DNA from: Armatimonadota bacterium
Lineage (GTDB): Bacteria > Vulcanimicrobiota > JACPDS01 > JBDRKI01
DNA: 10,771 nt
Direction: 5' to 3'
Assembly (NCBI GenBank): GCA_043814095.1
Contig: JBDRKI010000011.1
Coordinates: 1 to 10,771 of the forward strand
Under the pieces are notes generated by a model that saw nothing but the letters and a program-made list of their open reading frames with translations, did not search any database and was not told where the DNA came from. A program made the position numbers and the translations under genes. Below, piece by piece: positions 7,695 to 10,771 of this stretch (positions within the stretch are counted from its first letter, which is position 1; every line of letters begins with the position of its first letter).

Positions 7695-8320
7695 TATGAC
7701 CTCTCCCCTATCTTCTTTGCCGGGACGCCCGCATTTATTGAATAGCTTTCCGTATCTTTTGTAACAACCGCGTTTGCACCTATAACAGAACCTCTTAAAA
7801 TCTTCACGCCTTTATTAATGGCGGTATTTGCCCCTATAAGGCAGTCTTCTTCAATGATAACAGGTTCATGGATATAGCCCTGATCAGCTATAAATTCGTT
7901 TTTAACGAGTCTATGTTCATTGGCATTTATGGTAATTCTGGGTCCTAACATGCATTTTTTACCGATTATTATATCGGCTCCGCCTGTAAAAACAGAACCG
8001 CATCCTACTTTAGCCCCTTCTTTTATTATTATTGAACCTTCTCTGGCAGATACAAACCTGCAGTCATTCTCTATATTTACATTATTTTCTATAATTATTC
8101 TGCCGTTCTCTCGATTCCTAAGATCTATATCACCATAAATAGAAACATTGTCGCCTATGGTAATATTACCGGCCTTCCCCCTAATTTTCAGCTTAGGGGT
8201 GCCTTCTATGTAAAATTTCTTCCCGACTTTAATCCCGTATATGCCCAGTATAAATTTTATAATAATACTATGCAGCTTCCATATCACTTTATTTGTTATA
8301 AGGGCTAAAAAATCACACAT
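7694..8320 (-). CDS. Hexapeptide-repeat (left-handed beta-helix) acyltransferase, sugar O/N-acetyltransferase-like
   Basis: Hexapeptide repeats (ITIGDNVSIY, IIIGKKCMLG, VIIEEDCLIGAN), then GSVIGANAVVTKD and a C-terminal AGVPAKKIGER. The stop overlaps the next start as TAATG. Confidence 0.92.
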   Translation of the reverse strand: MCDFLALITNKVIWKLHSIIIKFILGIYGIKVGKKFYIEGTPKLKIRGKAGNITIGDNVSIYGDIDLRNRENGRIIIENNVNIENDCRFVSAREGSIIIKEGAKVGCGSVFTGGADIIIGKKCMLGPRITINANEHRLVKNEFIADQGYIHEPVIIEEDCLIGANTAINKGVKILRGSVIGANAVVTKDTESYSINAGVPAKKIGERS

Positions 8321-8329
8321 ATTTATATC

Positions 8330-10171
8330 CTATTTACATCCCGATTTTATATTTTTTTCCATATCAAGAAACATCTTAGCATTAATGAAATTAAATATAA
8401 ACTTGCTGTAGCTATTCGGCATATTTTCCATTGATATAATTTCACTTATCTTATCTTTATTTACAAAGTCATATATACCACTATTCTCTAAAATATAATC
8501 CTTATTATCCTTATTGTCAAAGTCAATCAAAGAATGGATTGAGGCATTAAAACCTTTTTTATGCCTGTCTGTGCGCACCTTATCATTTAATATCCCTTTA
8601 ACAGCTTCTCTAAGTATATATTTGCCGTAACCGTCCTGTATTAAATACTCATCCGGGATAGAATAAGAAAATTCAAACAGCTTTGAATCAAGGTAAGGAG
8701 ACCTATTCTCAACAGAATAATACATTGAATTTAAGTCATCTTCATGAAGAATAACCGGTATGACCTCATGAAAGAGTTCATTCATCATGCGGTTGCGCAA
8801 AAGACGGTTAGAGTATTTTTCTTCCTTGAAATCTTCTTTAAAGCTTTTCTTTAAAAATGACGCAAAAACATCGTTATTTAAATAAATATGACCCCTAAAA
8901 TCCCTGTCTTTCATATAAAGTTCGGGGTTTTTAAGGTGCGGGTTTCTGACTATATTACCTATAAACCTATACCAGTCTTCAAGGTATTTATTATAAAGCT
9001 CGTTCTGTCTTACCTCATAAAGATGCAGGTTGAAATGATCATAATAACCGGTAGTAAGCTCATCTGCACCCGTACCGGAGACTGCAACTTTATAACCGTT
9101 TTCAGATATTGCCTCAGATAAAAACGAATGGATATAATAAGATATGGTGCTGACAGGTGAATCATGATAATTGATTAATTTTCTCAGCCTTTCAAAAAAG
9201 TTCTCTTTAGGGATATGTATAAGAGTATTCTTACAACCTATATCATCAACCGTCGCTTTTATATTATCATACTCATTATATCTTTCATCTTCATCAATGA
9301 TTGAAAAAGATGCAACATCATAATTAAACACCTTGCCTGCAATAGATGCAATCGAAGCAGAATCTATACCCCCGCTCAAACAGAATGCAAGCGGGACATC
9401 TGATCTTAAACGGAGCTTTACGCTGTTAATTAATCTATCTCTAAAACCTTCTACCGCATCAGAAAGCTTCATTTCTTTTACATTACATGAAGGCTTCCAG
9501 TATTTTTCTTGCTTAACTTCAAGACTATTGTTAATAACAACATTAGAAGCATAAGAAACTTCTTTAACCCCTTCAAAGAAAGTCTCCGGAACCTTATAAA
9601 GTGACTTATAACCGTTAACAAGATATCTCATAAGATGGTTTGTATTAATAGTAAGTGAAGAGCCTGAAAGAGATTTTATAAACTTAATCTCAGAACCGAA
9701 ATATATCCCATCTTGTGTTTCCATATAGTAAAGCGGCTTTTCGGCAAATCGGTCTCGCGATAAAAAGAGTCTGCTTTTCTTTTTATCATAAATTGCAAAA
9801 CTCCACATACCTTCAAACCTATTTACGCAATCTTCTCCGTAAATAATATAAGCCTGGAGAAGAACCTCTGTATCGGAAGAAGTTTTAAAAGAAACTCCCT
9901 TTTTCTCAAGTTCTTCCCTTATCTCTTTGTAATTATAAATCTCACCGTTAAATATTAAGGTATAATCACCTATACTAAATGGCTGGTTAGACCTTACATC
10001 AAGATCTATAATGCTTAAACGGCTATGCAGAAGAACTATGTTTAAACCAGCATTCTCAATAACGGTATAATCCCTGTAATCAGGGCCTCTGTTAACCATT
10101 AAATCAAGAGTCCTTTTCACAGCTCCCGTATCTATATTATCTTTACCTATATAACCTGCTATACCGCACAT
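8330..10171 (-). CDS. asnB: Asparagine synthase (glutamine-hydrolysing)-family amidotransferase, probably glycan-amidating
   Basis: N-terminal MCGIAG (Ntn Cys), RGPD, HSRLSIIDL, FNGEIYNY, SDTEV, LSGGIDS, SGTGADE, VENRSPYLD and KKGF. Confidence 0.95.
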   Translation of the reverse strand: MCGIAGYIGKDNIDTGAVKRTLDLMVNRGPDYRDYTVIENAGLNIVLLHSRLSIIDLDVRSNQPFSIGDYTLIFNGEIYNYKEIREELEKKGVSFKTSSDTEVLLQAYIIYGEDCVNRFEGMWSFAIYDKKKSRLFLSRDRFAEKPLYYMETQDGIYFGSEIKFIKSLSGSSLTINTNHLMRYLVNGYKSLYKVPETFFEGVKEVSYASNVVINNSLEVKQEKYWKPSCNVKEMKLSDAVEGFRDRLINSVKLRLRSDVPLAFCLSGGIDSASIASIAGKVFNYDVASFSIIDEDERYNEYDNIKATVDDIGCKNTLIHIPKENFFERLRKLINYHDSPVSTISYYIHSFLSEAISENGYKVAVSGTGADELTTGYYDHFNLHLYEVRQNELYNKYLEDWYRFIGNIVRNPHLKNPELYMKDRDFRGHIYLNNDVFASFLKKSFKEDFKEEKYSNRLLRNRMMNELFHEVIPVILHEDDLNSMYYSVENRSPYLDSKLFEFSYSIPDEYLIQDGYGKYILREAVKGILNDKVRTDRHKKGFNASIHSLIDFDNKDNKDYILENSGIYDFVNKDKISEIISMENMPNSYSKFIFNFINAKMFLDMEKNIKSGCK

Positions 10172-10178
10172 AATCTAC

Positions 10179-10373
10179 CTACACCACCGCTACTCTTTTT
10201 AAATGAAACAAGTCATCCCCTACTTTATTCACGCCGTCTATGGCCGTAGGAGAACATTTAATACCGTATTCTTTAAGCATATTTATAACCTCATCAGAAT
10301 AACAGTAATCTAACCCTTCCGGATACGAATAATGCAAAAGACTAATGCCTGTTCTCTCTTTATAAAACCGGTA
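10179..10373 (-). pseudogene. 5'-truncated polysaccharide deacetylase (NodB-like) gene remnant
   Basis: Manual translation gives YRFYKERTGISLLHYSYPEGLDYCYSDEVINMLKEYGIKCSPTAIDGVNKVGDDLFHLKRVAVV* (TAG at 10181-10179, 7 bp before the asnB ATG). An in-frame TGA at 10376-10374 bounds it upstream. YSYPxG and DLFxLxR are C-terminal NodB/CE4 motifs. Confidence 0.78.
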
Positions 10374-10447
10374 TCAGGCGATAAATCCGGAAATAGCCTT
10401 ATCTTATTATCTGTTAAATATTGTTAAAAGCATAATAAATAAAATAC

Positions 10448-10471
10448 AAGCATTTTTGCAGAAAAATGCTT
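10448..10471. repeat. Perfect 10-bp inverted repeat (hairpin or operator)
   Basis: AAGCATTTTT-GCAG-AAAAATGCTT, just downstream of the predicted minus-strand transcription start. Confidence 0.7.
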
Positions 10472-10491
10472 AATATTTATTATTAACTAAA

Positions 10492-10520
10492 ATTTTATTT
10501 TAATAAGGGGCTTTTGTCAA
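10492..10520 (-). promoter_or_regulatory. Sigma70 promoter pointing into the glycan operon
   Basis: Minus strand TTGACA (10520-10515), 17-bp spacer, TAAAAT (10497-10492). The AT-rich context raises the chance of a random match. Confidence 0.6.
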
Positions 10521-10693
10521 TATTGATGATAGATAGTGCAGGGATGAATAATAAATGTGTCAATAAATGACATTTTTATCTTATTGGGTAAAAATTTTAT
10601 TGGTTAAAAGAGCAACACAAAAGGAAATATTGCCCCATATTGTAGAATAGTTATTAAAGACGGCGGAGGAAGGACTGGAACAAAAATTTTTAT

Positions 10694-10771
10694 TTAAGAA
10701 GTATTGAATCTAATCTGGATACGGGTATTTAGCAACTCGTCGATCTCATCAGGATTGAGAGATTTGGAAAC
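10694..10771 (-). CDS. Possible 3' end of a gene entering from the right edge
   Basis: The frame is open from the window edge and reads VSKSLNPDEIDELLNTRIQIRFNTS*. It is too short to identify. Confidence 0.25.
   Translation of the reverse strand, partial: VSKSLNPDEIDELLNTRIQIRFNTS

Noticed and set aside
2105-9554. Short plus-strand ORFs (2105, 3127, 3844, 4135, 4537, 5391, 5931, 7474, 7920, 8888, 9333)
   Set aside because: They are shadow ORFs antisense to well-supported minus-strand genes and show no motifs.
8330-10171. Lasso-peptide cyclase / RiPP cluster reading (AsnB-like + radical SAM + ABC)
   Set aside because: The protein keeps the N-terminal Cys glutaminase domain. No B1/B2 proteins, RRE or precursor is seen, and the ABC exporter has no peptidase domain. 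The acyltransferase and deacetylase neighbours point to glycans.
10368-10385. Resemblance of CCGGTAT-CAGG-CGATAAA to CCGGTAT-GC-CGATAAA at positions 3-18, as possible element boundaries
   Set aside because: It is only two 7-mers with different spacing, and the left copy is inside the IS. This is compatible with chance.
10661-10710. SD-like GGAGGA on the plus strand suggesting a divergent gene
   Set aside because: No ATG/GTG/TTG sits at a suitable distance, and the nearby CTG frame stops after 10 codons.

Overview
A low-GC bacterial accessory region in two parts. The left part (1-1500) is a mobile-element and toxin-antitoxin (TA) scar. It contains: the terminus of an IS21-family element (four tandem 22-23 bp repeats ending ...GGAATATGCA at 140) that cuts a probable AbiEii toxin gene; the 3' remnant of an IS91/ISCR-type rolling-circle transposase with an oriIS-like end (TTCCTATC, 851-858) and an outward promoter; and a convergent, intact RHH-antitoxin/MazF pair with its own promoter. 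The right part (1528-10373, minus strand) is a tightly packed operon, probably for surface-glycan modification and export. In transcription order it holds a 5'-truncated polysaccharide deacetylase remnant (not in the ORF track), an AsnB-type amidotransferase, a hexapeptide acyltransferase, a radical SAM/SPASM(twitch) enzyme, a 618-aa probable GT-B-like transferase, an MsbA/PglK-like ABC exporter and a B12-dependent radical SAM enzyme. An AT-rich region with a near-consensus sigma70 promoter lies upstream. All family calls come from reading motifs by eye; no database search was run.
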